This document shows, piece after piece, positions 29,086 to 38,782 of a DNA stretch of 64,000 nt (its first letter is position 1; each line of letters starts with the position of its first letter). The notes beneath the pieces were generated by a model that worked only from the letters and a program-made list of their open reading frames with translations, did no database searches and was not told the origin of the DNA. The DNA comes from Minisyncoccota bacterium. Lineage in GTDB: Bacteria; Patescibacteriota; Minisyncoccia; Phycocordibacterales; DASSSU01. Location of the stretch: NCBI GenBank assembly GCA_035708305.1, contig DASSSU010000030.1, positions 9,649-73,648 of the forward strand. Reading direction: 5' to 3'. Both the position numbers and the translations under genes were made by a program.

Positions 29086-29568
29086 ATGAAAACAATGAAA
29101 AACCTGATCAGAAATATGCTTCTTCCTTTTGCGAGGTGGTACTGGAGAATTTTTCGGCCGAAAACTTTTGGCGTGAAGGTACTCATTTTGAATCAGGCGG
29201 ATCATGAGGAGGTGTTGCTCGTTCGGCATGCTTATGGAAATAGAAAAAAGTGGAACCTCCCCGGCGGGGGATATCGACCCCGTCGGGAGACGCCGCTTCA
29301 AGCTGCCACGAGGGAAGTGCGGGAAGAGCTTGGGGTTGATCTTCTTAAAGGGGAAGTGATTGGCGAATACCGCACTTCTTTAGAAGGAAAGCGCGACACG
29401 GTCAGCTTTGTTCTTGGTACTGTTGCCGGAAAAGAAAATATTTTTCCGAGGGACGAGATTACAGAAGCTGTTTGGAAGAAGAGAAAAGAGACATATGCGG
29501 AAGAAAACATATCGGCAGTCATAAAAGAAGCATTGAAGTGTTTCGACTCTTTTGAGAAACAAAAATGA
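29086..29568 (+). CDS. NUDIX hydrolase
   Basis: Complete Nudix box LPGGGYRPRRETPLQAATREVREELGV. Confidence 0.8.
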   Translation: MKTMKNLIRNMLLPFARWYWRIFRPKTFGVKVLILNQADHEEVLLVRHAYGNRKKWNLPGGGYRPRRETPLQAATREVREELGVDLLKGEVIGEYRTSLEGKRDTVSFVLGTVAGKENIFPRDEITEAVWKKRKETYAEENISAVIKEALKCFDSFEKQK

Positions 29569-29600
29569 AAAAGCCGGAAAAAATTTCTCCGGCTTGCTTT

Positions 29601-30650
29601 TTATTGTTCCAACTTTTTGATGATTTTGAGGTACAATTCCTCCACTTTTTTCTTTCGGTTTTTCCCGGAATGCATGTAGTGATCCAGTCCAGGGGAAGCG
29701 TTGATTTCCAAGATCCAGTATTTTTCTGCCGCTTCAGAAATGTCTCCGTGGATCATAATGTCTACGCCGCAAAAGCGAAGTCCCATGTCTTTGGTGAGCT
29801 TCACCGCGAGATTTTTGAAATCAGGATGTACCCGGTCTGTGACATCAACCGCATCTCCGCCGTCGGAAAGGTTGGCATTGTCGAGCAGAAAAACGTGTTC
29901 TCCTTGAGAAGGAACGGAAAGAAAAGTTTTTCCCTCCCGGGTGAGTTTTGTGTGGATCCGTGGATCGGCAGGCTTGATGCGGACGTGCCGGCCAGAATCG
30001 TCGAAACTTTTTTGTTTTGCCTCTATGAGTTCAGCGATAGTCATTTTTCCGTCACCGACAACACTGAGCGGCAGGCGTTCATGAGCCAAAACCATTTCTT
30101 CATCAAGCACGACGATGCGGTACTCTTTTCCGGAAACCGGCTTTTGCACGAGTGCGATCCGATCAGATTTGAATATCACGCGCAGACCTCGGTAAAACTC
30201 GCGTTTGTTCTGAACGATCAAAACATCTCTCCCCTGGCTTCCGCTGTTTGGTTTGATTACCAGGGGGAAGCCGATGCTTTTCGCATACAGATACGCGTCA
30301 TCAATTCTTCGATCCGCCGATCCGATGGCATCCGCCCATTCGTTTGAGAAAAAAGTTTTACTGCCGGGAACAATAGAGTATCCGAGCTTTTCCATAAAAA
30401 GATTGGCAAAATCTTTGTCCTTGGCAATCTCCGAGGCGCCTACAGGGTTGAGATCTAAGGTGTTGAACTTGAAGTAAGAAACTTTTCCATTTTTGAAGAT
30501 CACCTGACCGGCCATCTTCCACTCGGGTCCAAGAAATACCCGTGCCTCGATTTGCGGTGCAATTTTTTTCAAAATATTTCCAAGTGTGCCCGGTTGATTT
30601 TTCTTTTTCATATGGATTTTGAGCAGAAATATCTCTTCAAAATAGAGCAT
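29601..30650 (-). CDS. ATP-grasp ligase related to the cyanophycin-synthetase G domain / RimK family, lacking a Mur-ligase-like domain
   Basis: GFPLVIKPNSGSQGRDV, VVGDGKMTIAELIE, DNANLSDGGDAVDVTDRVHP and FCGVDIM match the CphA ATP-grasp region (VIGDGK.TI..LI, ANLSTGG, DVTD.VHP). An alternative start at the internal ATG (30611) is possible. Confidence 0.7.
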   Translation of the reverse strand: MLYFEEIFLLKIHMKKKNQPGTLGNILKKIAPQIEARVFLGPEWKMAGQVIFKNGKVSYFKFNTLDLNPVGASEIAKDKDFANLFMEKLGYSIVPGSKTFFSNEWADAIGSADRRIDDAYLYAKSIGFPLVIKPNSGSQGRDVLIVQNKREFYRGLRVIFKSDRIALVQKPVSGKEYRIVVLDEEMVLAHERLPLSVVGDGKMTIAELIEAKQKSFDDSGRHVRIKPADPRIHTKLTREGKTFLSVPSQGEHVFLLDNANLSDGGDAVDVTDRVHPDFKNLAVKLTKDMGLRFCGVDIMIHGDISEAAEKYWILEINASPGLDHYMHSGKNRKKKVEELYLKIIKKLEQ

Positions 30651-30652
30651 TT

Positions 30653-31078
30653 GTGCATTTTGTCAATTTCCAGCGTGCTGAAGTTCCTGGTAGAATTCTT
30701 TTATGCAAATTACGAAAAATTTTTCGTTTAAAAAAATTGGGAATACTCATTACAGACTCCCGGAGCATACCGCTTCGAGAAGGAACGATTGGCCGGGCGC
30801 TCGGTTTCTCCGGTTTTGAGCCGCTGAAAAGCTATGTTGGGAAAAAAGATTTGTTTGGACGAAAAACCCGCGTGACGAAAAGCAACCTCGCGGATGCACT
30901 CGCTGCCGCTGCAGTGATGGAAATGGGGGAAGGAGATGAGCAAACCCCGCTTGCTGTGATAAAAGATGCGCTGGTTGTTTTCACCACAAAACCGCTTTCC
31001 GCAAAAGCGAAAAAGTTGTTTCTTGATCCTGAAAAAGACATTTTTGCCGGGGTGTATTTGGGAGTTGAAGGAAACTGA
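30653..31078 (+). pseudogene. CofE-family (F420-0:gamma-glutamyl ligase-like, PF01996) C-terminal fragment, about 140 aa
   Basis: LRKIFRLKKLGILITDSRSIPLREGTIGRALGFSGFEPLKSYVGKKDLFGRKTRVTKSNLADALAAAAVMEMGEGDEQTPLAVIKDA aligns with the second half of CofE (..GVIITDTNGR..GVVGFAIG..RKDLYGRELEVT..ADEIAAFA..MGEG..P.AVV). The N-terminal half is absent, and the space upstream is occupied by the divergent ATP-grasp gene. Confidence 0.55.
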
Positions 31079-31112
31079 GCGGCTCCTTTTTGGAGCGTGG
31101 TATTATGTTTCC

Positions 31113-32117
31113 ATGCAAGAGCTGTTTTCGGAAATATGGGAGAAATACGGCGTGGGAGAAGTGCTCATCGCGGAGAGAATCTCCAAAGGTTTTCTCAGTG
31201 AGAATTTCGTACTTTCTACTGCTTCAGGGAAATGGTTCTTGAAGCGGTATCGTCCCATGAGCGAAGCGCGTGTCAGGGAAATTCACGCGGCGAAAAAGTT
31301 TTTTCACGATGGCGGGGTTCCGGTTATTTTGCCGGTGGAGACAAAAAAAGGTGAAACATTTTTCGCCCACGAAGGAAGTTTCTATGCTTTGTTCCCGTTT
31401 GTCTCAGGGTTGCAGCCGGAACGATTTTCTCAAGAGATGACCGATGAAATGATCGTTTCCCTCGGACAAACTTTGGCTCGGATGCATTTGCTCGGGAAAG
31501 GAAGTGATCTGAAATGTGAAAGCGAAAAAGCGGATGGATGGGACAAAAAGGCATCGCTCGAAACGGCGGGAAAACTCGAAAAGGTGATAAAGAATTTGCC
31601 GCGCCAGACGGAGTTTGACGCACTCGCGTTTCAGACGATCGCTTTGAAGAAAAAACTGATCGAAGACAATAAAGTTCGCTTGGAAGACCTGAGACTTACG
31701 GCAGATCATTTGATACACGGGGATTACCATGACCAGAATGTTTTTTGGGATTCTAAAGGGAAAATTTCGCACGTGTTTGATTTTGAAAAAACGCGCTACA
31801 CCCCGCGTACATCCGAGCTTTTCCGATCCGCGCTCTATTCTTTTTTTGATGAAGATACTGAAATGTCTCTTGAAAGAATACACATGTATCTTCGCGCGTA
31901 CCTGGAAATCTATCCAATGAGCGATCGGGAACTTTATGATGGCTTTCTGGCGCACCGGCTGGGAGAGATTCACGGCTTTTGGATTGAGAAAGAGCATTAT
32001 TTTAAAAATAACACCCGCGTGGATGAACTTTTGAAGAGCAGCTTTTTACGAATCAAATTCTTTTCCGAACGTCCGGACGTACTTGAATTTTATCTTGTGT
32101 CCGGGGTTACAACATGA
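31113..32117 (+). CDS. APH/CotS/homoserine-kinase-II family phosphotransferase
   Basis: Brenner motif LIHGDYHDQNVFWD and the DFE motif VFDFEKT. Start taken at the ATG at 31113 (the track ORF extends upstream to 30966 and overlaps the previous gene). Confidence 0.7.
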   Translation: MQELFSEIWEKYGVGEVLIAERISKGFLSENFVLSTASGKWFLKRYRPMSEARVREIHAAKKFFHDGGVPVILPVETKKGETFFAHEGSFYALFPFVSGLQPERFSQEMTDEMIVSLGQTLARMHLLGKGSDLKCESEKADGWDKKASLETAGKLEKVIKNLPRQTEFDALAFQTIALKKKLIEDNKVRLEDLRLTADHLIHGDYHDQNVFWDSKGKISHVFDFEKTRYTPRTSELFRSALYSFFDEDTEMSLERIHMYLRAYLEIYPMSDRELYDGFLAHRLGEIHGFWIEKEHYFKNNTRVDELLKSSFLRIKFFSERPDVLEFYLVSGVTT

Positions 32118-32170
32118 TAACCTTCTTGAGGTTGTACATGTTGTGCACCATTCAAATGAGAGGTTTGGCA

Positions 32171-32638
32171 ATGAACAACTTTGCAAATTCCAAGTTTGCT
32201 ACTTTTGATTTAAACATGATAAAGTCCAAACTTACACACCCTGAAGAGGGTGAAGGTTGGACAGATGCTTTTGCGAATTCTGTTGAGGGAGATTACCGTC
32301 GCTTTTTGTATTTAAACGCAAAGTATAAAAATGCGACATTGGTTCCATCAAAACTGGTCGACACTTTCTGGCATGCGCACATTCTCGATACGAGAAAGTA
32401 CGCACATGACTCAGGCGACCTTTTTGGTGAGTTCTTTCACCATTTTCCTTATTTTGGAATTCGTGGAGATGACGATGAAGTGAGACATAGAGAGGCTTTT
32501 GTTGAAACTCAGAAACTTTGGCTGCGAGAGTTTGGCACTGTGCAGGATGCTCATACCGGTATTGAGTTTTCAGGAAAAGCCGCAACCTGTAAAGGGATTT
32601 GTTGTTGTGATTTGATTGCTCTTGTGAAGATCGCATAA
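32171..32638 (+). CDS. hypothetical protein, DUF1399 (glycine-rich-domain protein)-like
   Basis: VDTFWHAHILDTRKYAHDSGDLFGEFFHHFPYFG is reminiscent of the DUF1399 WH-x-H-x-L core. Assignment is tentative. Confidence 0.35.
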   Translation: MNNFANSKFATFDLNMIKSKLTHPEEGEGWTDAFANSVEGDYRRFLYLNAKYKNATLVPSKLVDTFWHAHILDTRKYAHDSGDLFGEFFHHFPYFGIRGDDDEVRHREAFVETQKLWLREFGTVQDAHTGIEFSGKAATCKGICCCDLIALVKIA

Positions 32639-32755
32639 CTTGCTGCTTTAGCAGAAATAAAATTTAGATTATTCTTTTTGGCACCACATATGTGGTGCCT
32701 TCTTTTTTTGAGAATGGTTATGTAGTATATTGAACTGGAAAATTTATCACATTTT

Positions 32756-33667
32756 ATGAATATCAAAAGTGAATTGGAGAAAAATAAATATGTCAAAAGC
32801 GTAGAACCGGTAGATTTGCGCGGTGTGCTCCGTGCCGAAGGAGGGGGAAAGAAAATTTTGGCGGAGAAATATTTGAAGGCAATTAACGTATACCGTTTTG
32901 TGTATACCGTAACGTCAAAGGAAGTGGTGGGGTACGTTTCGATACCAAAAATGAAGGAGGGAGAAAAACTTCCTTGCATTATCCATCTTCGTGGCGGAAG
33001 CGGGGAATTCGGCAGGCTCGATCCCTCGTCTCTCCCGGAAAAACTCGTGAAGTATTCGGCGGAAGGGTACGTGGTTATCGCCACTCAATACCCCGGCGTA
33101 GAGGGCGGAACGGGGAAAGATTCGTTTGGTGGGCCGGATGATATACTAAGCATCTTAAAGCTCAAAGACATTTTGAAATCTATTCCTGTTGCTGATGCTG
33201 AAAAGATTGGAGTAAAAGGGCATTCAAGGGGCGGACTGATGGTGTATATGCTTCTTCGAGAAGTGCGCTGGGTGAAGTGTGCCGTGATCAGCGGTGCGCC
33301 GGTGGACCAGATACGTGAAGCGGAAGAACGGGAAGGGTGGAGAAAGCATCAAGTTTCCATGTGGGGTGCTTCGAGAGGGCAAAGTCTTCGAAGATCGCCG
33401 ATTTTTTGGGTGGGCGAAATGACGAAGAAGACACCGATACTTCTCATGCACGGATCATCCGACCGGAGAGTTTCACCCCAAAACGCTCTTCGGATGAGTG
33501 CCGCAATGACGGAAGCCGTCATTCCGCACCGGTTTCTTTTGTTTGAAGGTGCGGATCACGTTATCACTGAACACAAAGAAGAATATTTTGCACAGACGCT
33601 TTGTTGGTTTGAAAGGTTTTTAAAAAATAAAGAATTACTGCCCGATATGAAACCTCATGGAAAATAG
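32756..33667 (+). CDS. alpha/beta-hydrolase, prolyl-oligopeptidase (S9)/dienelactone-hydrolase-like
   Basis: Nucleophile elbow GHSRGGLM, HGSSDRRVSP (Asp region), GADHV (His). Confidence 0.7.
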   Translation: MNIKSELEKNKYVKSVEPVDLRGVLRAEGGGKKILAEKYLKAINVYRFVYTVTSKEVVGYVSIPKMKEGEKLPCIIHLRGGSGEFGRLDPSSLPEKLVKYSAEGYVVIATQYPGVEGGTGKDSFGGPDDILSILKLKDILKSIPVADAEKIGVKGHSRGGLMVYMLLREVRWVKCAVISGAPVDQIREAEEREGWRKHQVSMWGASRGQSLRRSPIFWVGEMTKKTPILLMHGSSDRRVSPQNALRMSAAMTEAVIPHRFLLFEGADHVITEHKEEYFAQTLCWFERFLKNKELLPDMKPHGK

Positions 33668-34020
33668 AAGTTTTTAATTTCTTCGGGAAATTAATTTGCA
33701 GCTTAAAATTTCTTTCTGCGTATTTGTCCGGCTTTTAGAATTTCACTCTCCATTCACACAAAAATGCTGCGAGTGAAACTCACGGTTGGAAAATTGTACT
33801 TGGTGTACCAACTTGTTTCGGAGATTAAAATGGTGATCTCGGTGGGGATTGCGAAGAAACAAGCGCGTGTTTCTCGACTTCGGCTTTCTCTGGAGTGAAA
33901 ACTGAATAAAAAGTTTCTCAAAATTTGCTCGACGTTTTATGTTGGAGAAGGTTCTCTGGATATTATCGACATTCCATGGAAAAATATTCTGACCCGCGTG
34001 CAACTTGAAATCATGTAAAT

Positions 34021-34473
34021 TTATTTTGTACTTACCGTGCCAGTGAGCACGGTTTTTGTGATAATGTGCGCGGCTATGGCCTTTTCAAGTTCTGCGCGGG
34101 TGGCGCCAGCAGGCAGATCAAGTTTGGCGTCCAGTGCGGAGAGTTCAAAAATATAATGATGAACTCCAGAAGGAGGGCAGGGACCGCCATAACCGCTTTT
34201 TCCGAAATCTGTACAGCCTTCCTTTGCGTTGTCCGGTACAGAATTTTCCGGGATTTTCATGGTGTTTTGCGAAATATTCCAGATGGTCCAATGCAAAAAA
34301 TCTCCCGAGGGTGCATCCGGATCATGCATGATGAGCACCAGGCTTTTTGTCCCTTCCGGCACACCGGAAATCTCAAGCGACGGGTTTATGCCTTCGCCGC
34401 GGCAGGTGTACTTTTCGGGAATCACTTCACCGTCCTCGAAGGCACTGCTGAAAAGTTTGAAATTTGTTTCCAT
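34021..34473 (-). CDS. YbhB/YbcL (PEBP) family protein
   Basis: LVLIMHDPDAPSGDFLHW and GYGGPCPPSGVHHYIFELSALD, the hallmark PEBP motifs. Confidence 0.85.
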   Translation of the reverse strand: METNFKLFSSAFEDGEVIPEKYTCRGEGINPSLEISGVPEGTKSLVLIMHDPDAPSGDFLHWTIWNISQNTMKIPENSVPDNAKEGCTDFGKSGYGGPCPPSGVHHYIFELSALDAKLDLPAGATRAELEKAIAAHIITKTVLTGTVSTK

Positions 34474-34642
34474 AATGGTTTGAATTATGTATTTAAGAAT
34501 AGTATAAACGATATGGAGAGATGGTGAATTTTATATAAAAATTGGAAGCAAAGACTGCAGGTATGCTTTTTCCTGGAAACAAGAGGTGAAAATTCATACT
34601 CCGTGCAAAGTATGGTGCAGTGAAGTATACTGTGGATTACTT

Positions 34643-35131
34643 ATGGAAAAAATAAAAAATCTTTTTCAAGAAAAATATCTGCACCGGCTTTTCATCCTCG
34701 GTGTTTTGTTTAAGGCGTTTGACGGTACCGTGGAGATTCTCGCTGGAATGTTGCTTCTTTTTCCGGGGATTTTCAGAGGGATTGCGAATGCGTTTATCCG
34801 GGGCGAGCTTGTTGAAGACCCGCATGATTTTCTTGCAAATCTATTGGCACACTTTCTTCCGGCGCTTGCTCATGTTGAGTTTTTTGCAACGATCTATTTA
34901 CTCGTGCATGGCGTGGTGAAAGTTTTTTTGGTTGTCGGGCTTCTACGCGGCAAGCTCTGGGCGTATCCGGCAGCGATCATTGTTTTTGCACTTTTTATTA
35001 TTTACCAAATCTACCGCTATACGAACACGCATTCGTTCTTTCTCATTCTTCTTACCATCCTTGATGTTTTTGTGGTGTGGCTCACCTGGCACGAGTGGCG
35101 GCTTTTTCAGAAAAGAGGCATAAATATTTAA
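34643..35131 (+). CDS. small integral membrane protein (DUF2127-like)
   Basis: Four hydrophobic segments. Start at the internal ATG at 34643. Confidence 0.4.
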   Translation: MEKIKNLFQEKYLHRLFILGVLFKAFDGTVEILAGMLLLFPGIFRGIANAFIRGELVEDPHDFLANLLAHFLPALAHVEFFATIYLLVHGVVKVFLVVGLLRGKLWAYPAAIIVFALFIIYQIYRYTNTHSFFLILLTILDVFVVWLTWHEWRLFQKRGINI

Positions 35132-35206
35132 ATTTTTTGGAACTCCTTCAACAAACGAAAAACGCGATGGAAGAAGCAAACGTCTTTTTGTGGCATAATG
35201 TAAAGC

Positions 35207-35875
35207 ATGGAGTTTGTGAAAGAAACTAACCAAGCGAAACTTTCTGAAATTCTTGCTTCAGCTCTTTCTTCGGCACTTCGAGAATACGGACAGGTGGTGT
35301 GGCTGGTTTCCGGCGGAAGTAATATTCCACTTTCTGTTGCAGCAATGCAAAAAATCAGCTTGCAAGCGAGTGATCGGCTTGTTGTAATGCAGGCGGATGA
35401 GCGTTATGGACATTTCGAACATCCGGATTCCAACTGGTTGCAGCTTCTCCAGGCGGGTTTTGACGGCAAGCGGGCGAAGCTGATTCCTATTTTGAGAAAG
35501 GAAAATCTTTCGATCGAAGAAACCGCGCGGCGCTATGAACAAAAAATTTCTGATGAATTTCGTCAGGCCGGTTTTATTCTCGGACAATTTGGTATCGGAC
35601 CGGACGGACACATTGCTGGTATTTTGCCCGGATCATCCGCAACGAAAGAAACAGGCTTGGTCGCGTTTTATCGGGAGCCCAAATTTGAGCGGATCACACT
35701 TTCGTTTGCCGCTCTTCGATGCGTATCGGCAGCTTTTGTTTTTGTCTTTGGGAAAAAGAAAGAAGCGGCTTTGAAGGATCTGAAGGAAAAAGAGTTGTCG
35801 CTTAAAGAAGAGCCGGCACAGATTTTAAAGAAAATTTCCCATGCGACGGTGTATAATGACCTTATTGGTTTCTAA
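35207..35875 (+). CDS. pgl: 6-phosphogluconolactonase
   Basis: WLVSGGSNIP, MQADERYGHFEHPDSN, GIGPDGHIAGILPGS (glucosamine-6-P isomerase/6PGL family). Confidence 0.75.
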   Translation: MEFVKETNQAKLSEILASALSSALREYGQVVWLVSGGSNIPLSVAAMQKISLQASDRLVVMQADERYGHFEHPDSNWLQLLQAGFDGKRAKLIPILRKENLSIEETARRYEQKISDEFRQAGFILGQFGIGPDGHIAGILPGSSATKETGLVAFYREPKFERITLSFAALRCVSAAFVFVFGKKKEAALKDLKEKELSLKEEPAQILKKISHATVYNDLIGF

Positions 35876-35886
35876 TAAAAATTTTT

Positions 35887-36804
35887 ATGATGAAATTTGT
35901 TGTTGTTGGGCTTGGAAAAATGGGAATGCAGATTGTGGAGAGAGCGTGTGCGGCAGGGTTTTCTGTGATCGCTCTTGACTCAAACGAAGCAGCGAAACAA
36001 AGAGCAGAAAGTTTGGGTTCGTATGCGGCGAGCGGCCGTGAAGATGCGGTCGCGCAATTCCAAGGAGAGGAACGGGTGATTGTCTGGCTCATGATTCCCG
36101 CGGCGGCAGTAGAAGCGGAAACTCTCGCTTGGATGGAAGTTCTTTCGGAAGGAAGCCTGCTTGTGGATGGAGGAAATTCAGACTTTCGGCACACAAAAAA
36201 TCGCGCAGAAAAACTTGCGCAGAAGAACATTGACATGGTGGACGTGGGGGTGTCAGGTGGGATTTTGGGCGAGAAAAACGGCTTTTCCATGATGGCGGGC
36301 GGTGATGAAGAGGGCTATCGAACAATCACTCCGCTTCTTGACGCGCTTGCTAAGCCACACGGCGGGCATCGGTATTTCGGTGAACACGGCAGTGGGCATT
36401 TTGTGAAAATGGTCCACAACGCAATCGAATACGGCATGATGGAGAGCTTGGCAGAAGGGTATGAGGTTTTGAAAGAAGGGCCGTATAAACACCTGGACTT
36501 GGCAGCGGTGGGCGAAGTCTGGCAGGCGTCGAGTGTGATCACAAGCAATTTGAACGGGCTGGTGGCAGAAATTATGCACGAAGATCAAGACCTTGGCGGA
36601 GTGAGTGGCTATGTGGCAGAATCTGGCGAGGCACGTTGGACGCTTGAGGTAGCAAAATCAGCGGGAATTGAAATGCCGGGCGTGCAGGCGGCGTTTAACG
36701 TGCGAGTGGAATCGGAAAAGGGCAAGGTAAACTACACAACGAAGCTTTTGGCAAAATTGCGGAATAAGTTTGGCGGACATGCGGTCAATAAACTGGAAAA
36801 ATAA
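35887..36804 (+). CDS. gnd: 6-phosphogluconate dehydrogenase, short (YqeC/Gnd-like) form
   Basis: NAD(P)-binding VVVGLGKMGMQIV, GVSGGILGEKNGFSMMAGG, FVKMVHNAIEYGMMESLAEG. Confidence 0.8.
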   Translation: MMKFVVVGLGKMGMQIVERACAAGFSVIALDSNEAAKQRAESLGSYAASGREDAVAQFQGEERVIVWLMIPAAAVEAETLAWMEVLSEGSLLVDGGNSDFRHTKNRAEKLAQKNIDMVDVGVSGGILGEKNGFSMMAGGDEEGYRTITPLLDALAKPHGGHRYFGEHGSGHFVKMVHNAIEYGMMESLAEGYEVLKEGPYKHLDLAAVGEVWQASSVITSNLNGLVAEIMHEDQDLGGVSGYVAESGEARWTLEVAKSAGIEMPGVQAAFNVRVESEKGKVNYTTKLLAKLRNKFGGHAVNKLEK

Positions 36805-38247
36805 ATGGAAAATACTCCAAAAACAGACTTCGAACTGAACTTAGAGCCAGCAACGATTGTCATCTTTGGAATTACCGGTGACTTGTCGCAACGAAGACTT
36901 CTTCCGGCACTTTACCACTTGTTGAGAACCAATCTGCTTCACGAAAAAACGCGGATCTTGGGAGTAACACGGCGGCAGGATTTGAAGCCGCATCACTTGC
37001 TGGACAAAGCCAAGCTTTGTGTGCTTGAGGAGGATGGGGTTTGCAGTGAAGAAATTTTTGAAAAACTAAAATCCAAGCTTGAAGTGTATTCCATGGACGC
37101 CTCGAAGCCGGATGATTATTCAAAGTTAAAAAAATACCTAGACGATATCGAAAGAGAAACCGGATTGTGCTTGAGCCGAGTTTTCTATCTTGCTGTTCCA
37201 CCGGCTGTTTCGGCGCCGATTATTCACCACCTTGGTGAAAACAAGCTTAATCATGGCTGTCAAAAGCATGACGCCAAGGCAAGGCTCCTGCTTGAAAAAC
37301 CGTTTGGTTTTGATACAAAAACTGCGAAAGCACTGGTAGAGGAGACCACGGAATTTTTTGATGAATCGCAGATTTTCCGCATTGATCATTATCTGGCAAA
37401 AGAAACGGTACAAAACATAGTGACATTTCGCTTTCGCAACCCGATTTTTGAAGATATTTGGGATAAAGATCATGTGCAGTCGATTGCGATTGAGGCGGAT
37501 GAGAGTTTGGGTATTGAAGGTCGCGCGGATTTCTATGAGCAGACCGGTGCACTCCGGGATCTGATCCAGAGTCATTTGCTTCATGTGATGAGCGTCGTCA
37601 TGATGGACAAGCCGCAAACTCTGGAGAGTGCAGATGACATGCACCAGACTCGGCTGAAGCTTTTGAAGTCTATTGAAATTGTCCCGGCGAAAAAACTCGG
37701 AAGTCGTGTACTTCGGGGACAGTATCGGAGCTACAAAGAGGAAACGCACAACGACGAAACCCACGTAGAGACTTTTGCCGCACTCAAATTATTTTCAAAA
37801 AGCAAACGGTGGCGCGGCGTGCCGATCTTTATCAAAACCGGGAAGGCGCTTGCAAAAAAACAAACAATAATAACCATTCATTTCAAGCCACCCAAAAACG
37901 ATCATGACCATACCAACCGGCTTATTTTTTCTATTCAGCCAAACGAAGGGATCACTATTGATTTGTGGGTGAAAAAGCCAGGCTTTGAGAAAAAACTCGA
38001 AACAGCTGAAATGAAGTTTAGTTACAAACAAACTTTCGATGAAGAAGGCCATCCGGATGCTTACGAGCGTGTACTTGTCGATGCAATCCGCGGGGACAAC
38101 ATGCTTTTTGCGACTTCAGATGAGGTGATGGTGGCATGGCGGATTATTGAACCGGTTATCAGGGCATGGGCTGAGAATGGAGACGGACTCAAAATCTATG
38201 ATTCCGGGTCAGAAGGTCCAGATATGAGTGTGCTCCGAGGTGAGTAA
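36805..38247 (+). CDS. zwf: glucose-6-phosphate 1-dehydrogenase
   Basis: IVIFGITGDLSQRRLLPALYHL, RIDHYLAKE active-site motif, QSHLLHVMS. Confidence 0.9.
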   Translation: MENTPKTDFELNLEPATIVIFGITGDLSQRRLLPALYHLLRTNLLHEKTRILGVTRRQDLKPHHLLDKAKLCVLEEDGVCSEEIFEKLKSKLEVYSMDASKPDDYSKLKKYLDDIERETGLCLSRVFYLAVPPAVSAPIIHHLGENKLNHGCQKHDAKARLLLEKPFGFDTKTAKALVEETTEFFDESQIFRIDHYLAKETVQNIVTFRFRNPIFEDIWDKDHVQSIAIEADESLGIEGRADFYEQTGALRDLIQSHLLHVMSVVMMDKPQTLESADDMHQTRLKLLKSIEIVPAKKLGSRVLRGQYRSYKEETHNDETHVETFAALKLFSKSKRWRGVPIFIKTGKALAKKQTIITIHFKPPKNDHDHTNRLIFSIQPNEGITIDLWVKKPGFEKKLETAEMKFSYKQTFDEEGHPDAYERVLVDAIRGDNMLFATSDEVMVAWRIIEPVIRAWAENGDGLKIYDSGSEGPDMSVLRGE

Positions 38248-38302
38248 AATCAGCGGACATATTTTCACAAAAAATTTATTGGAAGGGCATTACAATGCTT
38301 GC

Positions 38303-38734
38303 ATGACGCAAGGCCAAAAGCAGCTGCAGGTTTTTCAAACGACGCTCCAAAAAACGCACGAAATGGTGAAGGCTGTCAACGATCGTTTTTCCTGGGAAGA
38401 CGAACACAAGGCGTATCTGGCGCTTCGAAGTATTTTGCAGACGCTTCGCGATCGGCTGACGATTGAAAATGCCGCCTCACTCGGCGCACAGCTTCCGATG
38501 CTGGTGCGCGGCTTTTATTTTGAAGGGTGGAAACCGCAGTCTGCGCCGATCAAAATGAATCGCGCGGAGTTTGTCGGAGAAGTAGAGCGGGTGCTTGAAC
38601 CGCCCTTTGATGAAAGCACGGAAGATATTATCAAAGGCGTGCTTGCGATCGTGGAGAGCTATACCGATCCGGCAGAAATGCGAAAGATTAAAAAAACGCT
38701 TCCGAAAGATATTGTGGAAATGCTTGGTCCGTAG
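38303..38734 (+). CDS. DUF2267-family protein
   Basis: ALRSILQTLRDRLTIENAASLGAQLPMLVRGFYFEGW matches the DUF2267 signature. Start taken at the internal ATG. Confidence 0.5.
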   Translation: MTQGQKQLQVFQTTLQKTHEMVKAVNDRFSWEDEHKAYLALRSILQTLRDRLTIENAASLGAQLPMLVRGFYFEGWKPQSAPIKMNRAEFVGEVERVLEPPFDESTEDIIKGVLAIVESYTDPAEMRKIKKTLPKDIVEMLGP

Positions 38735-38782
38735 CAGTTTACTTTGCATTACAAATTTTATTTATCAATAATTTTAAAATGT

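Noticed and set aside
29565-30347. 260-aa plus-strand ORF
   Set aside because: It is antisense to the clearly supported CphA-like ATP-grasp gene (29601..30650, - strand) and has no homology pattern.
34035-34052. Hairpin CCGTGC-cagtga-GCACGG followed by a T-run, as a terminator
   Set aside because: It lies inside the 3' end of the PEBP coding sequence (it encodes ...VLTGTV...), so it is not an intergenic terminator.
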